The translations under genes were made by a program, and so were the position numbers. From assembly GCA_048938105.1 (NCBI GenBank), contig JBHLMN010000004.1:1-64000 (forward strand): a stretch of DNA of 64,000 nucleotides, written 5' to 3'. The notes under the pieces were generated by a model that ran no database searches, had not been told where the DNA came from, and saw only the letters and a program-made list of their open reading frames with translations. Shown here one piece after another: positions 9,971 to 20,329 of this stretch; the stretch's first letter is position 1; the number at the start of each line of letters is the position of its first letter. Source of the DNA: Promethearchaeota archaeon (GTDB taxonomy: Archaea; Asgardarchaeota; Heimdallarchaeia; Hodarchaeales; Hodarchaeaceae).

Positions 9971-10555
9971 ATGAAGTCTTTTAGACAGATTATAGATCTT
10001 CTACAAATGGGAGAGACTGAGGGAATTGCTAAACGATATATGGTGATGAATAGCTTTGATGGCGCTCTTACAGCGCTGGGTATCATCATTGGGAGCCTCA
10101 TAGCAGGTGTTCATGAACCTCGAACATTAATCCTCGCAGGACTAGGAGCAAGTATCGCGATGGGAGTTTCTGGGGGTTTTGGAGCATATTTGACTGAGAG
10201 TGCAGTGAAAAAAGAAGAACTAGCTGATATGGGGTCTGCGATGCTTGAGAAGATAGAAAATACTGTTCTTGATCAAGCAGCAACGATTTCATCCTATTTC
10301 GTGGCAGCAGTTGATGGTCTTAGTCCTTTTCTAGCAGCTTCAGTTTCATTTCTTCCTTTTTTTGGAGCTTATCTCTTAGGATGGGCTATTGAATTTGCAT
10401 ATATAGCTTCTATACTATTAACTAGTATTTCTTTATTTGTCTTAGGAGCATATTTGGGTAAAATCTCAAAGGAAAATATGGTCATGAATGGAGTTCGAAT
10501 GGTAATTGCTGGTGTTATTACAGCAATTCTGGTAATGATTCTTGAATTTTTATGA
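9971..10555 (+). CDS. VIT1/CCC1-like membrane protein (archaeal TIGR00267 type)
   Basis: NSFDGAL, AMGVSG..GAYLTE, five TM segments. Confidence 0.8.
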   Translation: MKSFRQIIDLLQMGETEGIAKRYMVMNSFDGALTALGIIIGSLIAGVHEPRTLILAGLGASIAMGVSGGFGAYLTESAVKKEELADMGSAMLEKIENTVLDQAATISSYFVAAVDGLSPFLAASVSFLPFFGAYLLGWAIEFAYIASILLTSISLFVLGAYLGKISKENMVMNGVRMVIAGVITAILVMILEFL

Positions 10556-10605
10556 TAAAAACACCTGAAACGAATAAAAACGTATTAGGAATGCGAGAGA
10601 GTTTA

Positions 10606-11631
10606 TTATTGCTGCGGAGAAAATGTATCAATCATTAGTTTTACATCGTCTGAGAGTTGATAAAGGACTGGACATGTACAACCACTTTCAATCCACTGGG
10701 ATACTTGTTCAAGGCATTCATTGGGTTTCCCACTAGCTGTTATTTTCTGTACAATCTCATCAGGGATATGTCTCATTGCTTTATGGATTTGTTCTCTTGT
10801 TGCAGGCCAAGTCAGTTCTTCGTGGATTTTATCAAGGATATCTTGAGGCATCTTACTTGCCTTCATTAAATGAGGTTGCTGACCCATGTATTGAGTAAGG
10901 AGTTCACGAGCTTCATTCAAAGCTTTCTCTCGATCGTGATCCATGGAACAGACTATCAATTGAGGTCGGTCAATGTCTTCAAGCGATCCTCCTCCTCTTT
11001 TTGCACCAATCTTTAAATGTTTTAAGGCAGTATGGTTATAAGCAGGAGACACCATGTAGTTGAGTAGTGCACCATCAGCTTGTTTTCGTGCGCAAAGCTC
11101 CCCAGTAAGCTCCATCATTTTCATACCTGTTGCGCCAATTAATATTGGGACTTCTCGTGGTTTATCTGGATCACCGTGAACAATATCTAATCTTATCCCA
11201 TCCACATGCACAAACTCGCCATCAAAAGTAACAGTTTCCATGTTGAGGAGTTTTTTCATAACTGTTGTATACTCTCTCATCATTTTTAATGGATTTTTAC
11301 GAGGTGTACCTACCTTACTTGCTAGAGGTTCCCACCAAGCGCCAATTCCACAAATAAACCTCCCAGGCGCCATTTGATCCATTGTACTAAATGTTGCTGC
11401 CATTAGTGCAACATTACGAGTCAGATTGTTAACTACTCCTGTGCCCAATTTAATCTTCTTTGTAACTGCAGCCATTGCAGAAAGTGGGATGGTTGCCACC
11501 CGAGCTAATCTAGACTCAGCTTGCCAAACAGCTTCAAATCCTTTACTCTCTGCATATTTCGCAAATTCTATTGACTTGGGAATATCATGCTTATCCTGTA
11601 AATAGAGTGCTATACGTGAATATTCAGACAT
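10606..11631 (-). CDS. LLM-class (Mer-like, probably F420-dependent) oxidoreductase
   Basis: AESKGFEAVWQAE, LGTGV, PGRFICGIG, PILIGATG..M motifs of the luciferase-like TIM barrel. Confidence 0.88.
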   Translation of the reverse strand: MSEYSRIALYLQDKHDIPKSIEFAKYAESKGFEAVWQAESRLARVATIPLSAMAAVTKKIKLGTGVVNNLTRNVALMAATFSTMDQMAPGRFICGIGAWWEPLASKVGTPRKNPLKMMREYTTVMKKLLNMETVTFDGEFVHVDGIRLDIVHGDPDKPREVPILIGATGMKMMELTGELCARKQADGALLNYMVSPAYNHTALKHLKIGAKRGGGSLEDIDRPQLIVCSMDHDREKALNEARELLTQYMGQQPHLMKASKMPQDILDKIHEELTWPATREQIHKAMRHIPDEIVQKITASGKPNECLEQVSQWIESGCTCPVLYQLSDDVKLMIDTFSPQQ

Positions 11632-11777
11632 GCTTCTACTAGCTCCACATTATCATTATCTTTATGAAAAAAAATCTTTATCCTCAATAATCTTTCCGTA
11701 ATTAGAATCATTTGAAGAAACTTAATTGACTTTTGGAAAAACTAAATTCCATTATTAAATTACGCTAGTATTTCCAG

Positions 11778-12281
11778 ATGGGTAACGGTGAAAACATGGA
11801 AAAAATCGAAAAAGAGAAATTATATCGTTCAATTCTTCAATCTATAGAGCATAAACTACTTCAAATCGAAGATATAACAGCTCGAAAAATATACATGATT
11901 GTCATTGATCAGCTTTCTACTATTCCGTATTTTAACTGGACTGGTATCTATCTACTTAACAAAGAGAAAAATGAACTTGTGTTGGACTATTATGTTGGGA
12001 AACCAACAGAACATACCCATATTCCAGTTGGTCGTGGTATCTGTGGCTCTGCAGTAGTAGATAAGACAGACAAGATAGTTGAAGATGTAACGAAGGAAGA
12101 TAACTATCTAGCATGCTCATTGGAAACACGTTCAGAAATCGTAGTATTAATACGGAATAAAACGGAAATTATAGGGCAGATCGATGTTGATTCTGATGAT
12201 ATCGCAATCTTTGATAAGACTGACCAAAACTATCTCCGTCAAGTTTCTGAGTTAATCGTTGAAAAGCTTCAGAATTTGTGA
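11778..12281 (+). CDS. msrC: GAF-domain free methionine-R-sulfoxide reductase
   Basis: NWTGIY, GRGICG, YLACS.ETRSEIVV, IDVDS; the start may be 11796. Confidence 0.8.
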   Translation: MGNGENMEKIEKEKLYRSILQSIEHKLLQIEDITARKIYMIVIDQLSTIPYFNWTGIYLLNKEKNELVLDYYVGKPTEHTHIPVGRGICGSAVVDKTDKIVEDVTKEDNYLACSLETRSEIVVLIRNKTEIIGQIDVDSDDIAIFDKTDQNYLRQVSELIVEKLQNL

Positions 12282-12336
12282 GTCGTTAGAAAGATTCTAG
12301 AAAGTGGATGTCTTAAAAACAGACAGAGGAAGCAAA

Positions 12337-13335
12337 TCAAACTAGTTCAATGTTCAAGCTAAGATAGTTATCAAACCTTAGACGGAAGCAACTCTCAACT
12401 GTTCCGTAAAAACCGTGAAAAATAGGTAATGGATTATCGGGATGGATTCTTTCTAATTCTATATTTAGATTAAATAGAAAGGAATTTGTGGAGATTTTAT
12501 CATCGGGGATAGTTAACTCTACTGTAATAGACCCAGTACCAGAAAGACTCCTATTCATTAAGTTATAAAATTCAATTGGTTCATTATTAGAATCCATTAC
12601 GTATTTAGGTGTGTTTAGATGCATTGTTTCATCATTAATATTTTCTACAGGATAGATATTTCCAAAATCAATATCCTGAAGTGAAACAACCTCATAATAC
12701 CTCGTTTCTCCGTTGAAGTAAGTGACAGAACCGTGAACAAAAAGATAGGTTGTTGAGAAGTATATGGTTTTATTGTTACCATCTGAAACAGTTTCTGTGA
12801 ATCCCCAATCATCCTGAAATACAGGAGTTATTTTTCCCCTTAGATTAGCTGGACTTGAGTTAGGAGACAATGATAAACTACGAGTAAACCTTACTAAACA
12901 AGGATTCTTCTGAAATACATGGATATAATCAAGATGACTTTTATGTAAGACTAAGGGTTCGTAAGCTTTGATTTGTTCAATGACGAGGTCATGCGACTGA
13001 ACATAACTAGGTTGGTTCCCAATGGGTAGAAAAACACGTTCTGGTCCAGCCAGCTCAATTTCAGCGTCGAAATGGGTAACTGTTCTCACCCCTCTTTGAC
13101 GAATAAAAATTAATCGTTCCGTTATGCTTTCAAGGGATAGATTAAAGGTAGTATCACGGAAGGGAGCTGCCCCATTAACACCAGGAACCCCATTATAATA
13201 AGAAGGGGAACTAGGAGCTTTATATATAAGAGGGTGACTGGAAAAAGGAATAAGAATCAACACTAGAGTAAGAAGAAATAATGAGAAAATAGCTGCAACA
13301 ACAATCTGATGTTTTTTGCTTAGCTTGATACTCAA
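12337..13335 (-). CDS. Hypothetical protein with N-terminal membrane anchor
   Basis: 332-aa ORF; basic N-terminus then one hydrophobic helix; beta-rich remainder. Confidence 0.7.
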   Translation of the reverse strand: MSIKLSKKHQIVVAAIFSLFLLTLVLILIPFSSHPLIYKAPSSPSYYNGVPGVNGAAPFRDTTFNLSLESITERLIFIRQRGVRTVTHFDAEIELAGPERVFLPIGNQPSYVQSHDLVIEQIKAYEPLVLHKSHLDYIHVFQKNPCLVRFTRSLSLSPNSSPANLRGKITPVFQDDWGFTETVSDGNNKTIYFSTTYLFVHGSVTYFNGETRYYEVVSLQDIDFGNIYPVENINDETMHLNTPKYVMDSNNEPIEFYNLMNRSLSGTGSITVELTIPDDKISTNSFLFNLNIELERIHPDNPLPIFHGFYGTVESCFRLRFDNYLSLNIELV

Positions 13336-13474
13336 AGTTAATTTAGACTTTATATTATAAAAATGTAAAGAAAACGGAAGGCTATTCCTATTGAAGAAAA
13401 AAAATTCTTAAAACGATTATAATAAATAAATTATAGATTAAAATAGATTGTATGCCATAAATCTGCTTAAAAAA

Positions 13475-15898
13475 TTAAGAACTTTGATAAAAAGGTCTTC
13501 CATGAAATATAACCGCAGTGCAATCGATTTCACGAACCAATTTTTCAGATGGTCTTCGACCTAATCGAGGTTTGCCATATCCAAGAATTAGAAGGTCTAG
13601 ACGATCTTTCTTGACAACCTCAGCAATTGATCTGACGAAATCATGCCCTAAAACATGTCTTTGTTCAATGGGTATTCCCATTCTAAGAGCTTCTCCAATA
13701 TTGTGCAAGAATACAGAAATATCTTCCTGTACTCCAGGAGCTTCAGACATTACTTTGGGTGTAATTAATTTTGGAACATGAGTCCAGTGATAAGCTATTA
13801 AATCAGCAATTCTCGTTGATGAAACCATAGCAATCCCAAGCTGTAATAAGAAAGGGTCACGTCTAGTGCCTGGAGTCAACGCGCCTACATGTTCGAAGGT
13901 TATTTTTTGCTCGGGTTTCTCCTTTTTACTGGGAAAAACTTGAAGGCCTGGGATTGGCATTTTTCGGAGTGTATTACGAGAAATACTAATTTCCCAGAAT
14001 TTTCGCCCACGAGGGGAGGGTAAAATAGCTAATTGATATTCTCCTGTGTTAGCCACCTCAATCATGTGTTGAATGATATCACGAGCTGAAATATTTCTTT
14101 GTGGAGGTTTAACAAGAATTAATTCATATGGTATTTGAAATCGTTCTAATTCGTTTGTATAACTGCTAAATGTTTTTTCTGCTTCATATCCAAAATGATA
14201 AAGCGTAACTTTTGGGCCAAATTCGTGAGCAATGTGAATAGCTATTCTGATAGCGTCCCATTCAAAAGGTCTTCCTCTTACAGGAACTAGAATGTTGTTT
14301 AATATGGTTGTAAAAAAAGCTTCTGGAACGTAGTCAGCTCTAAGCCGAACATATTTTCCTAATCTTGATGGAGCTTTAATTGGAATTCTTCTACGAGCAT
14401 ATCCTTCATAAAGGATTATACCTAGTAACAACCAAACTGAAGTGGCTAAAAAAGCTTCTGGATGTAGAAATAGTGTGAAAGAAAAGATGGTTAATAATGC
14501 TATTCCTCCTAGTATAGGAATGAGAGGAAACAATGGGGTCTTATAGCCATAATCTAGTTTTTCTATAGAGATCCTGACTTTTCTCCTGATTAAAATGGCT
14601 GCTACCATAACTTGTCCGAATAATATCATAAACATCAAATCAGCAGAAGTTGCTACAGCTTCAATGGGGATTAAAATAGCCATTAGAATAACAACTACTC
14701 CAGTCACATATATGGAATTGACTGGTGTGTGTGTTTTAGCTGAAACTGTTGCTAATTGTGGAGGTAAAGAGCCATTCCGAGCTAAAGCAAACGCTACTCG
14801 AGTTGATGAAAAAATAGCAGCATTTAAGGCTGATAGTGTTGATAATATTCCTCCAAAAAGAATAACAACTAATCCTAAACCTGGAAGCATTTGTTGAGCA
14901 GCATAGAGAAGGCCTAATTCCTTATTTTCGCTTAAGAATTCCCAAGTTGCCTGTCCTTCCACTGTAAATGCTCCCAAAGAAACCACTCCCACTAATAGAT
15001 ATATTGGTATCACGATTAATACCGATAGAATTACTGATTTTGGAATACTAGTCTTTGGATCGTAAATTTCCTCTCCTGTTTGACAAACAACTTCATATCC
15101 TTCAAAGGCAATGAACGTGAATCCCATTGCTGTAAAAATGGAAAAAAATCCTCTTGGGAAAAAATCCATGAAATTTACTGAGGTTAGAGTAGGATTTGAG
15201 GTTATAATAATCAAACCTGTTAAGATAAAAAATACAAGCACTATTACCTTAATACCCGAAATGTAGGTCTCAGCTTTTCCCATGACTGAGGATCCAAATT
15301 GATTGATAATTAGAAATAGTACAATGGCACCTATTGCAATTATCTTTTCTAAAAAGAAAATAGTTTCAGAAGGCATTTCAAAACCAAGATTAATTATTAT
15401 TCCTACAAAATACGCACCAAATCCAAGGGCATATAACGATCCCGCCACAGCTGCGGCAAACCAACTCATCCAGCCCGATAAGAATCCTTGTCGTTCTCCC
15501 AACCCTGCTCGTGCCCAAACATATCCTCCCCCTGCTTCAGGTATTGCGGATCCTAGTTCTGCATAAACCATTGCAATTAAAGTGGCAATCACTCCATTAA
15601 AAGCAAATGCAACTAATAATCCTGGTCCAGCAATTCCAGCAGCAATCCCTGTAAGAACAAAGATCCCTGCTCCAATCATCGCTCCTACTCCTGTCATTGT
15701 TGCTTGAGTTACCGTCATGTCTCGTGAGAGATCTGCACCACTCAAGACAGCATCAGGTCCCTTGTAAGGTTCAAGCACAAAACGCTTTCTCCCCAAAAAT
15801 AATACTTGAATCAAAGAATAGACTGATAAGCCAAGTATGATGAAAAATGCGATGCAAATTAACAGTAAGCCAAATAATGCATCAAGGACTAGGGCCAT
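13475..15898 (-). CDS. APC-family amino acid permease with C-terminal universal-stress-protein-like domains
   Basis: GAMIGAGIF, YAELGSAIPEAGGGY, FIAFEGYE; C-terminal NILVPV and DLLILG USP-like motifs. Confidence 0.9.
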   Translation of the reverse strand: MALVLDALFGLLLICIAFFIILGLSVYSLIQVLFLGRKRFVLEPYKGPDAVLSGADLSRDMTVTQATMTGVGAMIGAGIFVLTGIAAGIAGPGLLVAFAFNGVIATLIAMVYAELGSAIPEAGGGYVWARAGLGERQGFLSGWMSWFAAAVAGSLYALGFGAYFVGIIINLGFEMPSETIFFLEKIIAIGAIVLFLIINQFGSSVMGKAETYISGIKVIVLVFFILTGLIIITSNPTLTSVNFMDFFPRGFFSIFTAMGFTFIAFEGYEVVCQTGEEIYDPKTSIPKSVILSVLIVIPIYLLVGVVSLGAFTVEGQATWEFLSENKELGLLYAAQQMLPGLGLVVILFGGILSTLSALNAAIFSSTRVAFALARNGSLPPQLATVSAKTHTPVNSIYVTGVVVILMAILIPIEAVATSADLMFMILFGQVMVAAILIRRKVRISIEKLDYGYKTPLFPLIPILGGIALLTIFSFTLFLHPEAFLATSVWLLLGIILYEGYARRRIPIKAPSRLGKYVRLRADYVPEAFFTTILNNILVPVRGRPFEWDAIRIAIHIAHEFGPKVTLYHFGYEAEKTFSSYTNELERFQIPYELILVKPPQRNISARDIIQHMIEVANTGEYQLAILPSPRGRKFWEISISRNTLRKMPIPGLQVFPSKKEKPEQKITFEHVGALTPGTRRDPFLLQLGIAMVSSTRIADLIAYHWTHVPKLITPKVMSEAPGVQEDISVFLHNIGEALRMGIPIEQRHVLGHDFVRSIAEVVKKDRLDLLILGYGKPRLGRRPSEKLVREIDCTAVIFHGRPFYQSS

Positions 15899-16071
15899 GG
15901 AACTTCATCTTTAATCATTTGTCTTATGTTATTTCAATGATGGATCTTAGTTAGTCATCAGGTAAATTTAACATAATACCTGCTCCTTTGTTATATTAAT
16001 AAAAATGCTTAACTGAAAAGAGTTTAATGTACAGATATAATTTCGAAAACTATGAATAGAAGGGAATAAAA

Positions 16072-16410
16072 ATGCAAAAACAACCTATTATTAAAGTAAA
16101 ATTTGAAGATGTACCGAGTTTCGCTATTTCAGGGTTTTTTGGTGGGGTTAATCCCAATGAGGGAAATATTAGCTTCTTCCAGGATCAACTTATACCACGA
16201 GAAAGCGATAGACCTGGACAGATTGTACTAGATACAATAGAACATAATTTTGTGGTTACAGTTAAGATGAGTCCTGCAGTGTTCAAAAGGATGGCAATAT
16301 GGATGTCAGAACATGTAAAGCGTTTCGAGAATATGCATGGAGAGATCCAATTAGGTCGTCTACCTGGTATTAAAAAGCCAGATCAAGAACCGCCATCTTA
16401 CTATGGTTAA
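16072..16410 (+). CDS. Small hypothetical protein, DUF3467-like
   Basis: 112 aa; G.FGG..P...ISFF and V.MSP..FK....W....V..FE..HGEI pattern. Confidence 0.65.
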   Translation: MQKQPIIKVKFEDVPSFAISGFFGGVNPNEGNISFFQDQLIPRESDRPGQIVLDTIEHNFVVTVKMSPAVFKRMAIWMSEHVKRFENMHGEIQLGRLPGIKKPDQEPPSYYG

Positions 16411-16465
16411 TATAATAATGCAGCTTGGAAGTATGAGTTAAAGAGCGCTAGTTTTACTTGTTTTT

Positions 16466-16609
16466 TTACTTTTTAACGCCTTTTATTTTCTTTTCAGCTT
16501 CTGATTTTACTTTCTTTCCCGTTGCTTTCCCTTTCTCCACTGTTTTTTTGCCTAGTTTTTCAGCTTCTTTCTTCTTTTTTTCAGCTTCTTTTTTGAGTTT
16601 ATTGAACAC
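16466..16609 (-). CDS. 47-aa lysine-rich microprotein (MFNKLKKEAEKKKKEAEKLGKKTVEKGKATGKKVKSEAEKKIKGVKK)
   Basis: GTG at 16609 preceded by SD-like AGGTGA; TAA at 16468-16466; 20 of 47 residues Lys; below the ORF-track cutoff. Confidence 0.75.
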   Translation of the reverse strand: MFNKLKKEAEKKKKEAEKLGKKTVEKGKATGKKVKSEAEKKIKGVKK

Positions 16610-16840
16610 TTTTTTCACCTTCTATAGGTTTAGTTTTAACTGTTTAATCAGTATTTTTTATAAGATCATGATATTTTGTAGTCTTCATGTAATATTTAAA
16701 GTTGTATTAAATATTCACCTAGTCAATCATTTTTATCCCCTTTGATTATTCATAAGTAGAATAAACTAGTGAATATATTGGAGCTTGAAAATGTTATAAT
16801 ATCTATAATTTATACAAAAAAACTAAATGACTGAAAAAAA

Positions 16841-17314
16841 ATGACAGGAGAAGCAGATCTAACAGCACAAATGTTCTTGATGGCCATTTTTGGTTTCTTC
16901 ATAAGTTTGATATGTTTAAGATTTGTTTATAACAGTAGGAAAAAACTGGAGAGAAGTAAAACTTGGCCTTCAGTTAAAGGAAAAGTTGAACAATTAAAAC
17001 CTTCTATCGCGGGTTGGGAAGAAGTTAGAGTATACAGCACTAATATTATTTACAGTTATGAATTCAATGGGAGAAACTACCAATCAAAGGTAATTAGACT
17101 CAAGGGAGGAGACACAAAATCTGATGAGATGAGATATCCCAAGGATCGAATTGTTGATGTATATGTCAACCCTAATAACCCGAAAGAAGCTGTTCTTGAA
17201 ACAGGAGGATCCCTAGATTCCGAAGATCTGGTTTTCCTCGGGATTAGTATATTTGGATTCGTTATGAGTTTTGTGTGTCTATTAATTGGCCTTTTTCCTG
17301 GATTGATCTCTTGA
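16841..17314 (+). CDS. DUF3592-like membrane protein
   Basis: TM, then WPSVKGKV...YSYEFNGRNY...VYVNPNNPKEAVL, then TM. Confidence 0.8.
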   Translation: MTGEADLTAQMFLMAIFGFFISLICLRFVYNSRKKLERSKTWPSVKGKVEQLKPSIAGWEEVRVYSTNIIYSYEFNGRNYQSKVIRLKGGDTKSDEMRYPKDRIVDVYVNPNNPKEAVLETGGSLDSEDLVFLGISIFGFVMSFVCLLIGLFPGLIS

Positions 17315-17443
17315 AAAAGTTAGCTATTACTTCGCATTCCATTCATATTACTATATTATTAGCAATAACAATACAGTAAAGCCAAAAATAAATCCTCATA
17401 AGTATCTGTATAAGAACCACTACTATGACTAGTTTCAGTCGAT

Positions 17444-18562
17444 TCATACTCTCCTTTTCTTGGTAATAAAAAGGAAATCGTGACTCATCATCCCTGTAGA
17501 TCTACCGTGATGAGTTGATCGGCCTGAAGCAGCACGATCATCACTTAATTTTACTTGAATGGATGTGAGCAAGTCAAAACCAACTAAATTTAATTGATCC
17601 TCAAACTGTGTTAAATCAGATGTATTCTTGAACCCAGTCCAATAAAAAGCAAATTTATGAGGTTTAAGCACTCGATAGCATTCTTTTAATGATTTCAAAC
17701 TGTTTTCCCAATAATTTACTCCTGATCCACCGCATAAAATGTTCTTGGAGAGAGGGATTGTCCCTAGAATAGCTGATATTACATTAGAACGTTTTGATCG
17801 GTGTAAACTTCTTCTTTGAATTTGGATTTGTTGATACTCGACATCTTTGTCTTTATAGGGAGGAGAGGTGATTATTAAATCAACTGAATTTCTTTCTAGG
17901 TCAACATGATGGTTGGATGCTAATTTAAAAATTGGAGTGAATTTTGGATTTTTCGGAAGAGAGGAAATTTTTTGTATCATCTTTCGTGCTTTACGCTCAA
18001 AGATAGGGATTATAGAAGCATCTTTCCATTTTTTCTTTAATTCAAAATCCCGTCTACCAACGATTTTAATCGAATGAATTAATGCTAATTCGAAAAATTG
18101 TTTAAAGGAGATTTTTCTCGAATTATTTGAAATACATTCATATAAGGAGTTTATCTCATGGGAGATTTTCGTTCCTAAACATATTTTATCTTCTTCATCT
18201 AAAATATCAGATTTAGGTTCGATTAACTTTTTCTGTTGAGTAAGTATTGAATTTAAATGAACCTGTAAGGTTTCAGACTCCAAATAGGTTGTTTTAACGC
18301 TTGATACCAAAATTGCAAATGGATTCAAATCATAACCAATAAACTGCCGCTCTAATAACATAGCTTCAAGTCCTGCGGTTCCTCCACCAACAAAAGGATC
18401 GAAAACAAGATCTTCTCTCTCCGAAAACCTTTCAATTAAACCTCTAGGTAACTTTGAAAGAAACTTGGCAGGATAAGAATAAAAAGTCCGTGTATAGCCT
18501 TTTTCACGCTCTGGTTTGGCAAGATCAGTGATCCAAAGTATATCATTATTAGTAAGGGCCAT
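17444..18562 (-). CDS. Orphan DNA methyltransferase, probably N4-cytosine
   Basis: YPAKF, DPFVGGGT (SAM-binding motif I), DLIITSPPY (motif IV); no adjacent endonuclease. Confidence 0.8.
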   Translation of the reverse strand: MALTNNDILWITDLAKPEREKGYTRTFYSYPAKFLSKLPRGLIERFSEREDLVFDPFVGGGTAGLEAMLLERQFIGYDLNPFAILVSSVKTTYLESETLQVHLNSILTQQKKLIEPKSDILDEEDKICLGTKISHEINSLYECISNNSRKISFKQFFELALIHSIKIVGRRDFELKKKWKDASIIPIFERKARKMIQKISSLPKNPKFTPIFKLASNHHVDLERNSVDLIITSPPYKDKDVEYQQIQIQRRSLHRSKRSNVISAILGTIPLSKNILCGGSGVNYWENSLKSLKECYRVLKPHKFAFYWTGFKNTSDLTQFEDQLNLVGFDLLTSIQVKLSDDRAASGRSTHHGRSTGMMSHDFLFITKKRRV

Positions 18563-18760
18563 GGAAATGAATTCCGATGTACAACTCTTTAATTTTTATT
18601 GTAGGGAGAAAATAGATTGTTTTTACTCTAACCTATAAAGGTTTATTAATTAATTATTCAGTATGGTCTTACAGAAGAAGCATCTTCTCATTAATGGATT
18701 TATAAAATTAAAAAATGATAATAAATAAATAAATAAATAGAGATCAAGAAGGAATTAGCT

Positions 18761-19018
18761 ATGCCAATTTGTCCATATTGCACAGAAGAATTGAGGTTAA
18801 AACTGACTGCTAAATTAATCGCTGATATTGACGAGGATTATTAACGTACAATAGAAGCACAAATCAAGCACCTACCACGTATGCTTAGAGGGGTAATGAA
18901 GAGTCAAATGAACCGTATGCAACAATACCCAATGATGGTTGAACTTCTTGTTTGTTCAGCATGTAATCGTGTTTTGGGTAGTGAAATTCAAAGGATTACA
19001 CATACTGGTTCAGTTTGA
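18761..19018 (+). pseudogene. Small zinc-ribbon protein interrupted by an in-frame TAA
   Basis: MPICPYC...DEDY*RTIEAQ...LVCSACNRVLG...TGA; the two CxxC pairs are in one frame on either side of TAA 18842-18844. Confidence 0.7.
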
Positions 19019-19041
19019 AAAAATAAGTTGAGAAGATAGGA

Positions 19042-20181
19042 CTATATCTGAGTAAAAGAGTCTACTGTTTTCTGATCCAGCTTCTTGACTACTTCTGTCA
19101 GAAGGTCAACCGCGTTCTCAACATCTCCAAGATCTAATATTCCATTATGAGAATGGATATGTCTTGTGGGAACCCCCAAAACAAGAGAGGGACAACCAGC
19201 TCCAGTTATGTGTATGATTCCAGCATCAGTTGCTCCTCCTAATATTATGGAAAGCTGGTGTGTAATCCCCTTTTCTTTAGCTATATCTAATACAAAGTGT
19301 TTTAATCGGGGATTAGGTATCATAGATGCATCTGCAGTTAGAATTGAAACTCCTTTCGACATTTCTGTGGGAGCTTTTGTTTTTTCAACCCCTGGTACAT
19401 CTCCAGCAATGTCTACTTCCAAAGCAAATCCAACATCAGGTTGGATGACATGTGCAGCTGTACGAGCACCGCGTAGACCAACCTCTTCTTGGACAGTTGC
19501 GACACCATAAACCTGGTTAGGGTGTTCGATATTCTCTTCTTTCAAACGACGCATAACCTCTGCAGCAATGAAGGCTCCAATCCGATCATCGAAACCTTTA
19601 GCCATCGCTAGAGTTACTTCTTTTTTCTTTTCTTCCTTATCCTTTTTTTTCGTAATTTGTACACGCTTCAAGAGTTCAAATTTACTATCAGGGACTGCTG
19701 GATCACCAATCTTGATGCCAAGGGCTTCAACTTCTTTTTTGCTTTTACATCCAACATCAATGAACATCTTTGTTTTAACCACGACTTTTTTTCTCTCCTC
19801 GGGGTCAAGTATGTGAGGGGGTTTGGCTACAATAATACCTGTGATTTTAGAACCATCACGTACTCTGATAATGACTCTCTGACTTAAAAGAGTTTGATCC
19901 CACCATCCTCCAAGCTGATTAAAAGTGAGATATCCTTGTTTGTTGATCCCCGTAATAATAAACCCTATTTCATCCATGTGGCCTGCAAGCATAATTTTGG
20001 GCCCTTGACTGCCTTTTCGGAATATAATTGAACCTGTTTTATCTTGAGTCACCGATTCGGCAAAATCGGTTACATATTCCTTAATGAGTTTTGCTACTTC
20101 GAGTTCAAAGCCTGATGGGCCAAAGGCGTTTGTCCATTTTTCCAATTGATCGATGTTTAGTTTCATTTCGATTTTCCTCAT
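19042..20181 (-). CDS. M42 family (TET-like) aminopeptidase
   Basis: AGHMDEIG, FDDR.G, VQEEVGLRGA, GATDAG, RHIHS. Confidence 0.95.
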   Translation of the reverse strand: MRKIEMKLNIDQLEKWTNAFGPSGFELEVAKLIKEYVTDFAESVTQDKTGSIIFRKGSQGPKIMLAGHMDEIGFIITGINKQGYLTFNQLGGWWDQTLLSQRVIIRVRDGSKITGIIVAKPPHILDPEERKKVVVKTKMFIDVGCKSKKEVEALGIKIGDPAVPDSKFELLKRVQITKKKDKEEKKKEVTLAMAKGFDDRIGAFIAAEVMRRLKEENIEHPNQVYGVATVQEEVGLRGARTAAHVIQPDVGFALEVDIAGDVPGVEKTKAPTEMSKGVSILTADASMIPNPRLKHFVLDIAKEKGITHQLSIILGGATDAGIIHITGAGCPSLVLGVPTRHIHSHNGILDLGDVENAVDLLTEVVKKLDQKTVDSFTQI

Positions 20182-20329
20182 AAAATATTGTAGATTACAA
20201 TATAATATGGCAATTATTTCAATGTTTACTGCAATTCAGGATACATTTAGACCTATTGACAACTTTTATTTCGAATAAATGAAGCTATAAATTTATGAAT
20301 TCATAACAAAAAACATCTGATGAGATATA

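Noticed and set aside
16458-16745. 95-aa Phe/Ser-rich ORF on the + strand
   Set aside because: Antisense shadow of the Lys-rich microprotein (AAA read as TTT).
18842-18844. Selenocysteine or pyrrolysine recoding in the zinc-ribbon ORF
   Set aside because: The stop is TAA, not TGA or TAG, and it is not at a Cys position.
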